Positions 63,391-64,000 of a stretch of DNA of 64,000 nucleotides are shown here, piece after piece. Made by a program: the position numbers and the translations under genes. Below the pieces are notes generated by a model that was not told where the DNA came from, searched no databases, and saw only the letters and a list, made by a program, of their open reading frames with translations. Origin of the DNA: Paraphysomonas bandaiensis (Eukaryota > Protista > Chrysophyceae); NCBI GenBank assembly GCA_965644295.1, contig CBFFRP010000144.1, positions 1 through 64,000 of the forward strand. Reading direction: 5' to 3'. Position 1 is the stretch's first letter. Each line of letters opens with the position of its first letter.

Positions 63391-63649
63391 TGTAACCACT
63401 TTCGCACTATCACTCAAAGCAAATGCAGTGAACAAGCAGAAGAATGTTGATATACCTGACATCTGCTCGGATGCTTGACTTCAGCAGGCAGCCCAATACC
63501 CCGGATGTCCTTGAGATGGGCCCAAAGACATCTACACTAGTGACACATATATTAGTTTCCGTTGTACCACACCAGCATGTGGCAGTATAGTTCTGTAGTA
63601 ACGCACTATAGCCACGTATATGAGGCATGTGAAATGCCACGTGGTCACA
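63391..63649. mobile_element. Solo-LTR-like element related to element A LTRs
   Basis: Termini TGTAACCAC...GTGGTCACA. The last ~45 bp match A's LTR end (ACTATAGCCACGTA..GAAATGCCACGTGGTCACA). No TSD seen. Confidence 0.65.
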
Positions 63650-64000
63650 CAGTCTCAATATGTATACCAAAATTGCAATAGGTTTGGCACATAGACTTCC
63701 TGGGAAATTTCCCAAGTAGATGATGGAAGAAGGTGAGTCATCCAGAAAGGAAATTTAAAAAGTACATCCGCTATAACTCTATATAGTCTAAAGTTACAAA
63801 GAAAAATAACTTGCGGTGTGAAGGTGAAGTATCGGTTATCGTGATTTCATGGCATTGATTCCATTATCGCATCGTAATGTGGGTAAGCTGATATATACTT
63901 AATGATCTCTACTAGTCCTGATAATGACTTCGTTATAACTTGTTATGCTCGTTTCAGTTGCAGGTAACACTGAAGCTTTACCACAGTCGTTTATCGCAGT

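Overview
Eukaryotic genomic DNA with short GT-AG introns (about 45-100 bp). The gene content suggests a flagellated stramenopile/ochrophyte, but this is an inference. Positions 1-13.9 kb are a nest of transposons. A minus-strand Ty3/gypsy chromodomain element (A) is inserted into the integrase of a plus-strand gypsy element (B). The 3' LTR of B is split by a pogo-like TIR transposon and ends against an (ATGT)n microsatellite. Positions 14-63 kb are gene-dense: a TMEM87/GPR107-like gene with a 5.2-kb minisatellite intron, a thioredoxin-like/BioD-like fusion, HSF, a UBA-WW protein, ACOT9-like, V-ATPase c'', MORN, LRR, CSPP1-like, FHA-RING, kinesin-9, type III PKS, PIP5K and aftiphilin-like genes, plus MITE-like and LTR relics. 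The most interesting leads are (1) a candidate C-terminal selenocysteine with a short-stem K-turn in the Trx/BioD-like gene, (2) a gypsy RT with IFDN instead of YxDD and an in-frame UGA between gag and pol, (3) an intron built from about 140 tandem AG|GT splice-site units, and (4) a signal-anchored type III PKS. All calls come from reading motifs by eye; no database searches were run.
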